The notes under the pieces are model-generated. The model saw only the letters and a list, made by a program, of their open reading frames with translations, was not told where the DNA came from and made no database searches. The position numbers and the translations under genes are program-made. A stretch of DNA of 64,000 bases from Octopus vulgaris. Taxonomy: Eukaryota. Of this stretch, positions 1 to 12,798 are shown in pieces. Within the stretch, counting starts at the first letter, position 1, and every line of letters starts with the position of its first letter. The stretch lies in contig OX597814.1 of the NCBI GenBank assembly GCA_951406725.2, positions 176,452,001 to 176,516,000 on the forward strand. Direction: 5' to 3'.

Positions 1-404
1 ACGGCAGTTTTTAACATAATTTCTAGGTAACTAAAAAATTTTAAACTTCGTATACTGGTAGAATGTGTTTATAAAACATCTTTTTCTCTTGGCTTTATTG
101 AGAAAATTCTATAGTTTGTAAGATATTTGGTCTTTAATTTCTTGCATTTCGGCAATTTCAACCAATCAATGACTGTCTATTGAGGTGAAAACATTCTGTG
201 CCGTATGAATATGTCCCTCATTTAAGAAACAGATTGGGTTTATTTACATTTGTGAAGAAAAAAAAGATACCCTTCCTCCCACCCCAAACCAACCCTAACC
301 TAAAACAGATTGAAATGCAATAGATCGATACTAGGGTCATAATTATGGGTGACAATTTCATATGACACCGCTAGAAAAAACTGCCGTTCAAACTGAAAAG
401 ATCC
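1..404. mobile_element. MITE / non-autonomous DNA transposon, left end cut by the window
   Basis: ACGGCAGTTTTT at 1-12 is the reverse complement of AAAAACTGCCGT near 377-388; no ORF. Confidence 0.6.
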
Positions 405-984
405 TTGTTTGAACCAGTCAGAAGATAAAGTGTTCCCAAAGTGCTGTACTGATGTTCTAGAGTATTGTAGTTACATCAAAGGAGGAAGGGATATGCATGC
501 ATATAGTGGCAGGGTTTACAAGTGTTGGAAGTTATTGCCAAAACGAACTTTGTTCCCTGCATGTCTAGATAGTCTTTCACTTTTTTGTATATTTGCATAT
601 GTAATCTGAGTGTGAACTGTTTGGAGCCTCTGATAACGTAGAGTGCACCATTTTGTGTTCTTTGTAATTTACTATGATTTATTAAGAAGATATTGAAGGT
701 TGGGGAGGTCTGACACAATCTAGAATGATTCAAATGCACCATTTGCATTGGAGATTAGAGGCCTAATAGGACTGAAATAATTCATAAAGGATCAAATGCA
801 CATTTTGTATTGGAGACTGGATGTCAAGTAGGACTGACACAGTCCATAATGGATCAATACTCTGTTTATATTGGTGTCTGGATGCCTAAAAGAACTGACA
901 AAATCTATAATGGACTGAATGCATTGTTTATATTGGAGATTAGGTGAGACTGACAAAATCCATAATGAATCAGATGTAATGATT

Positions 985-1380
985 CTTTTATTCATTTCAG
1001 TCATTTGGCTGTGGCCATGCTGGAGCACTGCTTTTAGTCGAGCAAATCGACCCCAGGACTTATTCTTTGTAAGCCTAGTACTTATTCTATTGGACTCTTT
1101 TGCCGAACCACTAAGTTACAGGGACATAAACACACCAGCATCGGTTGTCAAGCGATGTTGGAGGAACAAACACAGGCACACACACACATATAAATATATA
1201 TATACACACATATATACGACGGGCTTCTTTCAGTTTCCATCTACCAAATCCACTCACAAGGTTTTGGTCGGCCTGAGGCTATAGTAGAAGACACTTGCCC
1301 AAGGTGCCACGTAGTGGGACTCAATCTGGAACCATGTGGTTCGTAAGCAAGCTACTTACCACACAGCCATTCCTACACCT
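985..1380 (-). mobile_element. Composite tRNA/CORE-type SINE with internal microsatellite linker
   Basis: Head GTGTGGTAAG..GGTTCCAG and CCTTGGGCAAGTGTC core on the - strand. Many copies, e.g. 20170-20620 (tandem pair), 21085-21462, 28845-29080, 53310-53546, 59540-59935 and 61950-63750 (split). Confidence 0.8.
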
Positions 1381-1799
1381 GATTGTGCATGAATGTTTGT
1401 TTGTTTGTTGGCCAAACATGATGCCAGTGGGTGCTCTGTATGGTTACGTACCATTTTGCTTGATTTACTAGGTCTTTTATACTGTGAGTTTTGTAGAATT
1501 GTTATTTATGATTTCTAGTATTTTTGCCTTTTGTGTATGCTATGCAATATTTTTATGTTGTTGAGTGTGATGCTTGCAATTCATTATTTTCTTTTCTTGC
1601 TGACAAGAAGCAAAAGATGGTGGATTTGGAAAAGGGTACTTAAAACATGTTGCTTCGGGGTGAGGTTTCTAGGTGGAGACATTGTGCAGCTTCCTGACTG
1701 AGATGTTATCTGCACATCATGGGTGTGTGCCTCTCTCTCTCTCTCTCTCTCTGCACGTGTATGTAACTGTAAATATGTATGTAAATTGCTATCAAATAT

Positions 1800-1995
1800 C
1801 TATTTGTAATCTATCTTGACCTTCGAAACGCGGAGTAGATGAAACAGAGGTGACTGAAGAAGGGGAATTTTCCTTGTGTTGTATGTCCTGAACTCTATTT
1901 TTTTGTTGTTTAAGAGAAATGTCCATTTCCTTGGTTTTGTGTTTATGTTTTCGTTTCTCATTGTGTTCGACGTTTTTTTGGTGTCCTGTACCCAT
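1800..1995 (+). repeat. Small microsatellite-associated repeat with a second copy at about 34275-34470; probable Penelope pLTR relic with partial HHR core
   Basis: Two similar copies, both ending at (TA)n-rich tracts; each has CTGAAGA-A-GGGGAA..TTC(C/T) but no following GAAA. Confidence 0.4.
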
Positions 1996-2109
1996 ATATG
2001 CATGTATATATACATGTAGAGGTAGATACGTACATATATGTATGTATATATGCATATGTTTTATTTATTAATTTATTATATATATATATAAATACATATG
2101 TATATATAT

Positions 2110-2330
2110 CTATCACACAAACACAGTTAGGTATATTGCAAGGTTTACACACAACAGGTGGATCTGTGCAGTTATTGAGTGGTCTCCAAGGGAATTGAAG
2201 AGACTGTTCAGAAGATGTTTAAGACGTATTTGGGTGTGAGATGATTGCAGAGGAGAGAGAGCTTTTGAGATGTACGAAGGTGCTATAGGTATAATTTAAA
2301 AAGACTGAATGAAAGGGCAGATATCTGTAG
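2110..2330. repeat. Dispersed repeat next to (TA)n, with an inverted copy at about 5545-5680; possible Penelope-type fragment
   Basis: Near-identical ITQT(Q/K)[16 protein letters not shown] segments in two ORF-track entries; the opposite strand reads [10 protein letters not shown]. Confidence 0.45.
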
Positions 2331-3033
2331 AAATCCATCTCAGAAATTGTAGATTATAGATGTGCTGTTGTATAGTTGATAGATTTGTTAACCTAAGTGG
2401 TAGTTTGCTAGTCTCCTCATCATCCTTTAATGTCCACTTTCCATGCTAGCATGGGTTGGGCGATTTTGACTGAGGGCTGGCAAACCAGATGGCTGCACCA
2501 GGTTCCAATCTTGATCTGGCAGAGTTTCTACAGCTGGATGCCCTTCCTAACACCAACCACTCCACAGGTGTAGTGAGTGCCTTTTATGTGCCACCGGCAC
2601 GGGGGCCAGTCAGGCAGTACTGACAATGACCTCGCTCGAATCTTTTTACACATGCCACCGGCACAGGTGCCAGTAGGGCGACATTGGTAACGATCACGCT
2701 CAAATGGTGCCCTTTTTTCATGATAGTGATAATAACAATGGTCAAAGTAGTATATACTGTAGTGATGATAATGGTTGTGATGATGGTAGTGATAGCAATG
2801 ATAGTGATGATTTTGAAATGACAGTGGTGGTGATGATTGTTAAGTTGACCAATCAAATAACAAGAACAATGGCAAACATGTCAACGATGAAGACAAGGAA
2901 TATGACTTTTAGAAATCATGAATCATTCTTTTCTTTAAAATATGATGATGATTAATTAAAAAAGTATTCTATAGAAGTACACAATATCAATGGGAACAGA
3001 TTTTTTTACAAAGAAATAGCTGAAATAATTTAC

Positions 3034-3117
3034 CTCTGGATGCGAAAAATGATCTTCTGCCAATCCAAGTTCAGCAAAAGAAACTTCTAGATTGTCTCTG
3101 GAAGGTATCGCAACATC
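3034..3117 (-). CDS. DEF8: DEF8-like gene, internal exon (84 nt, phase 0-0; DVAIPSRDNLEVSFAELGLAEDHFSHPE). The gene continues left of the window.
   Basis: Acceptor TTTATTCAG| and donor GAG|GTAAAT on the - strand. ELGLAEDHFSHP matches the recalled DEF8 motif DLGLSEDHFSRP. Confidence 0.8.
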
Positions 3118-3635
3118 CTGAATAAATGACCACGCATGACTGTCGGAAGAACCTAACCAAAAAATTTACACAAATATATAACTATCACTGCATGAACAAG
3201 ATCACATATTTTGTTTACACATGTGTTTATACATATGTAAGCATACACAGATATATAAACACACACACACATATATACATATACACACACACACACACAT
3301 ACATACACACATGCATACATACACATGCATACATACACACATGCATACATAAATATGTATACATACATACACACACACACATGTATATATGCACACGTAG
3401 ATATTGGTTTCCAAATTTTGGCACAAGGCCAGCAATTTTCGGGAGAGGGTAAGTCAATCACACCAACAACAATGTTCAACAAGTACTTACTTTATCAACT
3501 CCAAAAGGGATGAAAGGCAAAGTCAACCATGGCAGAATTTGAACTCAGAATGTGAAGACAAACGTAATGTCAATAAGCATTTTGCCTGGGGTGCTAATGA
3601 TTCTGCCAGCTCACCACCTTACACATTCACATACA

Positions 3636-3852
3636 CAAGAAGGAGCTGAAAAGCTCCCAGCTTTAGGTAAAAAAAATGCAGGAAGATCAGTTAATTATAA
3701 TTTTACTCAACATATTCCCCTCTCAGATTCAAACACTTATTGCAGTGGTCCTTCAGCTTTTCTAAGCCTTATAAAAGAACTCAGAAGGTTGGGCCTCCAA
3801 CCAGGCCTTTTGCAATGCCCTTTAAGTTAGGAACTTTTCAGCACCCCGTCAT
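3636..3852. mobile_element. Mariner-derived MITE (related copies at about 5395-5468 and 47435-47612)
   Basis: Imperfect TIRs GCTGAAAAGCTCC / GGAACTTTTCAGC; about 210 bp; non-coding. Confidence 0.6.
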
Positions 3853-4111
3853 ACAGGTCACTAATTGACAACAGTTTTGTTAGTTATTCATATTCACCTT
3901 ACCATAGCTAGAAGATACAAGCATTAAATAGAATATTACATTACAGGTGCAGGCATGGCTGTGTGGTAAGTTTGTTTTCCAAACATATGTTCCAAGTTCA
4001 TTCCCACAGCATGGCACCTTTGACAGGTGTCTTCTACTATAATCTTGGGCCAACCAAAGCCTTGTGAGTGGAAAGTAAAAAAACCCATCGTGTGTGTGTG
4101 TGTGTTTGTTT

Positions 4112-5270
4112 GTTAGGTTGCCTTGAAAATTTCTGAGTGATTTTTGATATGCAAAAAAGGAATATAAATAATTGACCTTTCAATAAATTTTATTCACTGA
4201 AATAATTTCCATTATTATTAATGATCTTTGCCCATATATCGGGCAATTTAAATATTCCCTCAGCATAAAATTTGACTGGTTTTGAAGAAAAAATGTTATC
4301 TAGATGCATTTTGACTCCATCTAAATTGTTGAATGTTTTTCCTTGCAACGAGTTCTGTAGAGACAAAAACAAGAGGTAGTCAGATGGCACAATATCAGGA
4401 GAATATGGTGAATGAGGTCCAGCCAAATACACGTAACTTTGTTCAGGTAGCCAAAGGCACATGTAGTCAAGTATTGTCTTGTTGGAACACTAACTCTTTC
4501 CTGTTGGCAATCTCTGGCCTCAATTCTTTGATTCTTTTGTTCAAATTAGCCAGCTGATGACAGTACACATCAGAGTTAATGGCCTGGTTTTGTGGGAGAA
4601 GCTCATAATAAATGAAGCCTTTATGATCCTACCAAACACAAAGCATAGCTTTTTTGGCATGATTATTCATCTTTGCTGTTTTGGGTGATCCTTACACAAA
4701 CTCCAGGATCTTTTTCACACTATGTTTTCATACACAATCCATTTTTCATCTCCAGTTACAATTTATTTCAGAAAAGGCATGATTTCATTCCATTTCAAAA
4801 ACATATCACAAATGGAATACCAGTTCAAGCAATTCTTTCCTGAAAGTTTGTGAGGGACCCATACATTATAGCGAGAAATGTATTCTAGCTTCACTAGGTG
4901 TTCATGAGTCATACTTTTAGAAACTTCCAACTCCTCTGCAAATTCTCTTGTTGTGATATTTGATTTTCTTAGATTTTTGCCTTCAAAACATTTTCATCCA
5001 TTTTTGAAGGTCTTCCACTGCAACTGTCATCTTCCAAACTGAACGCTCCAGCCTTAAATGTTGCAAACCACCTTCAAACAGTTAATTCACCTACAGCATC
5101 ACCTACAGCATAAACTTCACAAATGTTTTTGCAAGTCTTTGCAGCATTTTCTGCTTTTTTAAAAAAGAAAAGCATTACAATGCAAATATGAAATTTTCGT
5201 TTATCCATTTCAAATGTTAATAAAGGGCAACTGGAAGGAAAAATAAATCTATTTATAGTCAGGAACAAAG
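4112..5270 (-). mobile_element. Degenerate mariner transposase pseudogene
   Basis: N-terminal HTH fragment MDKRKF..FFFKKAENAAKTCKNICEVY and C-terminal PHSPYSPDIVPSDYLLF..GIFKLPDIWAKIINNNGNYF (YSPDLAPSDY motif); frameshifts and stops. Confidence 0.88.
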
Positions 5271-5677
5271 AAGAGATGCACTACCACTTCAAGCAAGGCC
5301 AAAATTTTAACTGTTACATTTCAGGTGTGTTCAACAATGTATTAAAAGTTTTAGCTTAACAACTGTGTGTGTGTGTATTAAAGAACTGAAAAACACTTGG
5401 AAGGTTGAGCCTCCAACCAGGTCTTTCACAATACCCTTAAAGCCAGGAACTTTTCAGCACTCCCTCATATATTGCAATTTATTGACCAGACTATCAGACA
5501 TCCTTATATACAGCAGGTCACAAAACACTTCCATTCTTCTCGTGAATGTACCCTTTTCCAATCATCTTAGACGTCTTCTGAGCAGTCTCTTCAATTCCCT
5601 TGGATACCACTGAATAACTGCACGGATCCACCTGTTGTGTGTAAACCTTGCAATATACCTAACTTTGTTTGTGTGAT

Positions 5678-5754
<77 letters not shown>

Positions 5755-6574
5755 CATATATATACATATACATATATACATATATATACATATATGCACA
5801 CATAGATAGATAGATTACAAATAGATATTAGATAGCAATTTACATACATATTTACAGTTACATACAGAGAGAGAGAGAGAGAGGGAAAGACACACACACA
5901 AATAGAGAGATGTAGAAAGAGACAGATACACATACACACATTTATATAAAAGTACGTGTGTGTGTGTGTTGTTGTTGTTCTTATATATATAAGCACTATA
6001 ACCAGAGTAAAATAAGACCTTTGAAACTGCCCAAGTGATATAGTTTAAACACAATAGAAGTTAAGAGTAGAAACAGATGTTTCTTCCCAGTTTGTGACAT
6101 TCATAAATTTATCACAACAAACTTCCTATCTCACTCATGATATATATATATATATATATATATATAAGCCTTTATTACAGAGAAATAAGGTGTCTTTTTT
6201 CCTATTGTTGTTTTGCCTTGTTTTCATAGGTTGACACACACACTCTTCAGCAACAGGAAATGAGTTGACTGTTAAATTCAACAACAAAACATTGATATCC
6301 AATCTCACACACACAAGCACATTCACTTAAGAAACCCATTGATAAATATGTCAAATATTGACCCCAATTGAATTGATTGCTAGTACATTACTGGTGCTAG
6401 TCATTAACAACCCCTTACAACTCCCGCCCAAAGTATAAGCTGTGAAATCATTAGCACACATTCACTAAATATTCCAATGAGCATTTCTGTTTATGGAATA
6501 AAAAAGAAGTCCTAAGTCCATACACTGTATTGGTTATCATATAAGACATATGATGCACCCCTATTTCACAAGTA

Positions 6575-7456
6575 TGAGGGGGTACCCCAAAAGTAACTGG
6601 ATGTTGTCTGTGGGACAAGTCCCTTGTAGTTCAGACTTCCAGCACTAGTAGCCACTTGATGCAACTTTCAGGCAACAGCCTGCTGACTGGCGGCGTCTAA
6701 TGCCATGTGATGTATCTTTGCTTTGTAGAGCTGCTCCCGTTTGTCGATGTTTGTGATGGCTGAAATGAAAGAACAGCATGCTTCCAAGAAATTCCGTTTT
6801 CTGCTGGAAAAAATGGCAGCTAAAACAGCTGTCATGTTCCAAACAGCTTACAAGGATGCTGCCATGAGCAAAACACAAGTTTACAAGTGGTTTCCACGCT
6901 TTATGAATAGTCTCTTGTCGCTTGAGGATCAACCTCATTCAGGGCGACTGTCGACCTCCCAAAGAGATGAAAATTCATGAACTGATCTTGGAGGATCATC
7001 ACTGAACAACTGACAAACTTGTTGGTATGACTGGTGTGTCCTGGAGCTCCAGCTAATAAATTCTGAGTGAGGAATTGCAAATGAAAAGCGTTGCAGCAAA
7101 ATTTGTGCCTTGCTTGCTCACAAAAGATCAAGAGCAGTCATGAACGAATGTGTGTTGTGAACTGAAAGAACAGTTGGAAGTTGATCCAGGCCTTTTTTTG
7201 AAGGTCATCACAGGTGACAACAGCTGGTGCTACAAAATTTGCAGATGTGAAAAAAGGTGAAGATAAAAAACAATGGAGGCATTAAAAGGAATCACTTCGC
7301 AAGAGTTCCAGCACCACTTCAAATAGTGGAAAATGCACCTGTACCAATGCATTGCTTCAAATGGAGAATATTTTGAAGGCGATGAAAGAGTAAACATGTA
7401 AAACTAAGTGAATAAAATAATATTGCGAAATTCCAGTTTCTTTGGGGTACCCCTCA
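6575..7456 (+). mobile_element. Internally deleted mariner element with TIRs and TA TSD
   Basis: TA|TGAGGGGGTACCCCAAAAGTAACTGGA ... TCCAGTTTCTTTGGGGTACCCCTCA|TA; fragments AYKDAAMSKTQVYKWFPRF..LEDQPHSGR and a decayed ITGD-type region. Confidence 0.88.
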
Positions 7457-7600
7457 TATATTTTGTAGTCATCCACTTCTAAATATTTAACAGGCAGATG
7501 AAAGTTTAACATTCCTTTCAGCTTTCTAGGAGAATTTTCATCAATACAATTTTCAAAATGTTTCTCGAAGGTAACACAGTTATTAAATAAAGTAAGATAC

Positions 7601-7623
7601 ATTTTGAGTGTGGGTTATATAGA
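7601..7623 (-). CDS. Candidate 23-nt DEF8 microexon (phase 1 to 0, I-Y-I-T-H-T-Q-N)
   Basis: Strong acceptor TATTTTCTGCTTCAG and weak donor AAT|GTATCT. Its length restores the frame between the two DEF8 exons. Confidence 0.25.
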
Positions 7624-8379
7624 CTGAAGCAGAAAATATGATGAGATGATATGAACTCCCCACATAACAGCCAACATACCTTATGCAAATTTTCATAATT
7701 TTCTGCTAACAGACTAAGATAATTTGGTTTGTTTTCAATATTTATTATATGCGGGACCCATGAATACTTCACAGATTTAATGGTAAACTTATTGGGTTAT
7801 TTCTCAAAATTATATCCAAAAAATCTGTAAGTGTAGTCTGTGTTGTGTCTGTATCCAAAGATAGTTGCTCATCTGCTATTCATTGAAATGGGATGGAAAT
7901 TGGAATACAATGATTACTTAATGCACTTTACATATACACTTTATATACTCTGTGCACAATTTTATAGACTTAATACACAGCACTCTCCCTCTTTCTCTCT
8001 CATTCTTTGCCCTTTTTCTTCGCTCTTCACCTCTCCCTTCAACTAATCACATGAATGCATAACAGATGGGATAAGTAACAGAGGAGAAAAACTTAGTAAA
8101 AAAAACAATTACACATTTCACTCACCACCACCTCTCCCCCTCCCTCCCTTCAACTAATCATGTTGAAGCCTTACAGACAGGTTAAGTAACAGAGAAACAA
8201 GCAGAATTATTATAAGATTAGTAACAAATACTTTTGCCTAGTCTCCTTTGCCTAGAACACTCAGTATCCCATTCATAATAAGGATACATTGGACCCAGTG
8301 TAATTTTCTGATATCTTTAAAATAAAGAAAAAAAAACAGTAGGTTTTATACAGCAGAGCATAAATATTGCTATGCTGTG

Positions 8380-8443
<64 letters not shown>

Positions 8444-8914
8444 TGAGATAGGGGTTGAAAATTCAACCCATTTCCTTGTCTAATTATATTTACAATATAT
8501 TTTGTATAATGCCTTTACTGTTATGTAATGGTGTAATAAAGTATTGATTGGGTATCATCTGATGGTTGATGTTTGATTGATTTAAGTATGTTTTCTCCAT
8601 TTTCTAATTTTGTAATATATATATATATATATAAGGTGGGGGAAGACCTCATGATATTTATGTTTTAAACTTTATTTTAGACATGTTGGAGACCAATCTT
8701 CTCCCAAGTTTCTTCCAGAAAGAGAAGAATCAACCCCTGTACAAAGTTGATACCCCCATCCCCTGCTCCAAAATGATGAAAAGCAAAGTTGACTGTAATA
8801 GGACTTGAACTCAAAAGTACAGAAACCCAAAATGATTAACACAAAGCAAACTAGCTGACACTCTAACAAGCCTGCCAAAGGCCACCTAAATTATGTAATA
8901 TGGTATTTTCTATA

Positions 8915-9490
8915 TACAGGATGCAATGGGTAAATTGTTGCCATTTTATATTTTTAGTTTCACACATGTACATTGTTTGTTTTTGATTTTGTTGACAATA
9001 CAGTATAGTAGGGTCAGTTGGACACTGTCTGTAAGAAAAACAGCACCATGATGAAATTCACTCTGCCAGAAATTTGGAAACAACATGCTATACTGCTTGG
9101 CATTCACACCAGAAGCTCCAATATGAACATTTCAGAATGTTTGGGTGTCAATCTGAAAACAGGGCAGAGGATTCAGAAAGAGTTGGATGAGTCTAATGGT
9201 GATTACGAAGGTACAGCAGCTCGGAAAATTCAGTCTGATCATTCTGATAAGAAAAGAACTCCTGGATTTGTTGATGAGATCCAGGCCATGATTGACAATG
9301 ATCCCTCCAAGTCAATCAGGTCCATCACCAAGGACATGGGAGTGTCTGAGTCTCTTATCAGACAGGTAGTGCATGAAAACATTTGGTATTTCTCATACAA
9401 GATGAGAAAGGGCCAATTTTTATCTCGAGCTATCAAGGAGAGAGGAAAGACCAATCTACAAAGCTTTTGAACAAACTCAAGCATCCCTCC
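8915..9490 (+). mobile_element. Tc1/mariner (maT/DD37D-like) 5' fragment with HTH region
   Basis: TA|CAGG start; ORF 9018..9470 contains KKRTPGFVDEIQAMIDNDPSKSIRSITKDMGVSESLIRQVVHENI..SYK, typical of Tc1-family DNA-binding domains. Confidence 0.7.
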
Positions 9491-11813
9491 ACATAATACT
9501 ATAAATAATACCATGTGAATATTGGGGTGAAAACTCCTTTTGGATAGAAAAAAAAAATCAAAGGCTGGATGTGGGACACTATCCCACATTTCTTGTAGAC
9601 AAGACAGCCATTCTAATATATACATATATTTAAGAATTCTTCCTGTTTTCTCTTGACTGCTAAACTACCAATGCTCTATGAAGAGGAAAAAAAAATGTTC
9701 TATGAATTCCTTCCAGACTGTAATTACTGCTATTTGCTATAAAATATCTCTCTTCATAAAATACTTAAATCAATAACAAGTCATGAGATTTATTATGCTG
9801 AGGATTTCTAAAAAGAAGTCAATGGCTCTACATATGATTAACACCAACTAGAAATTTTAAGAATTTCATAATGATGATTAAAAAAAAACATTAAATATGT
9901 GAATTCGGCACTACCACAGAATTAGCTGTCAGGATGAAAGTAAAAAGAGTCCACCTTCGTTTGTTTCACTTCTGACATGTGCCATGAATTCTATGTATCT
10001 TTCTCCTAAGAATTCCTTAATTGCAAATTCAAATTTCAAACCCTGCCAAATATTATGAAGAAAGGATGAGCTCTATTGTTCTTTTGTAACAGAGGAAAAA
10101 TGTGTGTGAGAGAGAGAGAGTATGTATATACACATACATAGATCAGTTGCAGGACTCAACATGTAGGGCACCAGGATGGTCTGGATACAGAACATACATT
10201 ACATTGGAGCAACTCTTAGTTGCCGTTTATTGGTAGTATACTACAAGTCTGTATATAGTATGTATGTATAGAATATATATGTCTAACCCATGCTAGCATG
10301 AAAAAAGATGTAAAAACTAATGAAAATATAGCCGCCATAATAATTGCATTGAAATCACTTCAATAACTGGTACATGAGAAGGAAGGTACTTCCTAATACC
10401 TCACATGACACTCGCTCCAAATGACATCAGCCTTAATTTCAGAATGAATTCAGTTTCCTGTAAGGCAGACCTACTCTCTGACAATAAATGAGGCACAGAG
10501 ACAGATATCATTATCATCATCATTGAACATCCGCTTTCCATGCTGGCATGGGTTGGACGGTTTGACTGAGGGCTGGTGAGCTAAAAGGCACCAATCCGAT
10601 CTGGCAATGTTTCTACAGCTGGATGCCCTTCCTAATTCCAACCACTCCAAGAGTGTATTGGGTGCTTTTTACATGCCACCGGCACAGGTGCCAAGGGAGG
10701 CTTTCAGCAACCACACTCAAATGGTGCTTTTTACATACCACCACTGGCAATGACCACACTTGTAAATAATAAAAATTTAATCAATATATATGAGTAAGTT
10801 TTATCCTTTTATTTCCATAAACTATAAAGCACATCATATCTGTCAACCGTATTACAAGGAGATAATTAAGCAAAACCTTATTAAATGGCAAGACACCAAA
10901 ATAATTTTTTTAAACTCCTTGCTCATGTTCAATATACTAACATGATGTTTTCAAATGTGCTGACTTATACCATGGAATTTCCATGGGTCTCATTATATAT
11001 TTTATTTTATTGCTTCCTGGTATAAATTTATTTCCTTCTTTATTTATTCACACACATAAGCTTTAAACTTTAAATGTTATAGTTCCGTGTGAATGCCTCC
11101 TGTGTATGCATACGTCATGCATGTGGGTGTCTGCATGATATGTGCATCTGTAGGCATGTGCAAATAGGTGCACATCTCTCCATCTCTCACAGTGGGAGTG
11201 CATGTGTGTATTACAGCCCAATACACAAGCACAGATGTTTCCTTCAGCTATTTCATTTATACATACACATCATCATAATCGTCTCCACCATCATCACCAA
11301 TAATCTCCACTAATTAAAATAACATTTAAACAGAAAAAAAAATCAAACACAACAATATTTCTCTGTATGTGTGTGTGTGTGTGTGTATTTGTTTGTCCAT
11401 CTGTCTGACTGCATGCATGGGCAGGCAAGTGATGGCAGAGTGGATGAAAGAGGCGAAATTAAAGCTTTCTGAACAAAATTCCTTGCTTGAGAATTTGAGT
11501 ACAAAAAAAGGAAAAAAAAAAAAATCATGCTATAAATATTTGACATGTTGCTGTAGTAATAGTATATGAGAGGTTAGTCGTACTTTTAGGCATAAAAAGA
11601 AAACTGAACTATAGCTGCTGCTACTACTTAAGTTACCAAATATAACATACAAAAATCAACACTGGACTATTTTACTTCAAATACATGAACCAACAACAAC
11701 AAACTAGTCTCTGCACAGTCATTTGATTTGTTAGAAATAGTAGCCATATTAAAATTTCCTCAAATCACAGCACAGTAACTTACTAAAAAAAAAGAAAAAC
11801 AAAGGAAGGACAC

Positions 11814-12173
11814 TATTTACATTATTTACATTCAAAAGATATTTGTCCTCATCTTGTTTGTTGTTAACACAATGTTTCGGCTGATATACCCTTCAGCCTA
11901 TGGTGTAGTGGTTAAGAGCACGGGCTACTAACCCCAAGATTCTAAGCTCGATTCCAAACTGTGACCTGAACAATAATAAGAAGAAGAATAAGAATAACAT
12001 CAAAAAATACCTTAGGAATGAGAACACAGGTTTGAAATTTCCCCCAGGACACCTGAAGAAGGCTGGAGGGTATATCAGCCGAAACGTTGTATTAACAACA
12101 AACAAAATGAGAACAAATATCCGTCGAATGTATATAATGTGCATAATTCCTCATCTCTTAAATATAGAACTAT
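11814..12173 (+). mobile_element. tRNA-headed, hammerhead-containing small element with an inverted 85-bp terminal copy and 13-bp TSD
   Basis: TSD AAAGGAAGGACAC at 11801-11813 and 12174-12186; 11814-11898 is approximately the reverse complement of 12061-12145; A box 11901-11911; B-box-like 11946-11955; HHR 12048-12093. Confidence 0.75.
12048..12093 (+). ncRNA. Minimal type I hammerhead ribozyme motif
   Basis: GACAC-CTGAAGA-A-GGCTG(loop)CAGCC-GAAA-CG-TT-GTATT, where the inverted copy reads GTGTT. Palindromic AACGTT stem III. Confidence 0.75.
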
Positions 12174-12477
12174 AAAGGAAGGACACACTGAAAAATGTAT
12201 TCTTAGATATACCAAAAAGACAATATGGTTACAGATAGAATGCCTTTGATTCTAAATACTGCTTGGTCAGGGCTTTCCACAATTTCATTACTATTTTCAT
12301 ACACCAAAGATAAAATTTGAATTCCTATACACATATATGTATAATATTACAAATTCAATCAATCCAGTTCCTAATCCAGAAGCCCACATCATCATCATCA
12401 GTTTCTGTCATTTCCATACTGCCAGGGACAGGATATTTCAAAATGGTCCAAATCAGCACCTACCCAGAGTTATTGTC

Positions 12478-12798
12478 ATCATCATCAACATCATTGTTTA
12501 ACATCCGCTTTCCATGCTAGCATGAGTTGGAGGATTTGACTGAGGTCTGGCAAACCAGATGGCTGCACCAGACTGCAATCTGATCTAGCAGAGTTTCTAC
12601 AGCTGGATGCCCTTCCTAACGCCAACTACTCTGAGAGTGTAGTGGGTGCTTTTACGTGCCACCAGCACGAGGGCCAGTCAGGCGGTACTGGCAATAGCCA
12701 CACTCAAATGGTGCCTTTTATGTACCACCTGCACAGGAGCCAGTCCAGCGACACTGGCAACAACCTCACTCAAATGTTTTTTTTTCACGTGCCACCTG
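12478..12798 (-). mobile_element. 5'-truncated RTE LINE 3' end flanked by a 148-bp direct duplication
   Basis: Same sequence as the RTE 3'UTR at 60101-60500; 12330-12477 is repeated at 12799-12946. Confidence 0.8.

Noticed and set aside
280-303. CCCTAACC telomere-like motif
   Set aside because: Only 1-2 degenerate units inside a MITE; not an interstitial telomere array.
3126-3513. Many short ORFs rich in Y/I/H/T/C/V (also 5562-6054, 34303-34585, 35505-36169)
   Set aside because: These are translations of (TA)n and (CA)n microsatellites, not genes.
9954-10042. Possible - strand exon GLKFEFAIKEFLGERYIEFMAHVRSETNE
   Set aside because: Its open frame is phase 0 to 1, incompatible with the flanking DEF8 exons, and it has no recognisable homology.
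11899-11960. tRNA gene
   Set aside because: No acceptor stem and a degenerate T arm; it is the head of a TSD-flanked repeat. The same applies to the other SINE heads.
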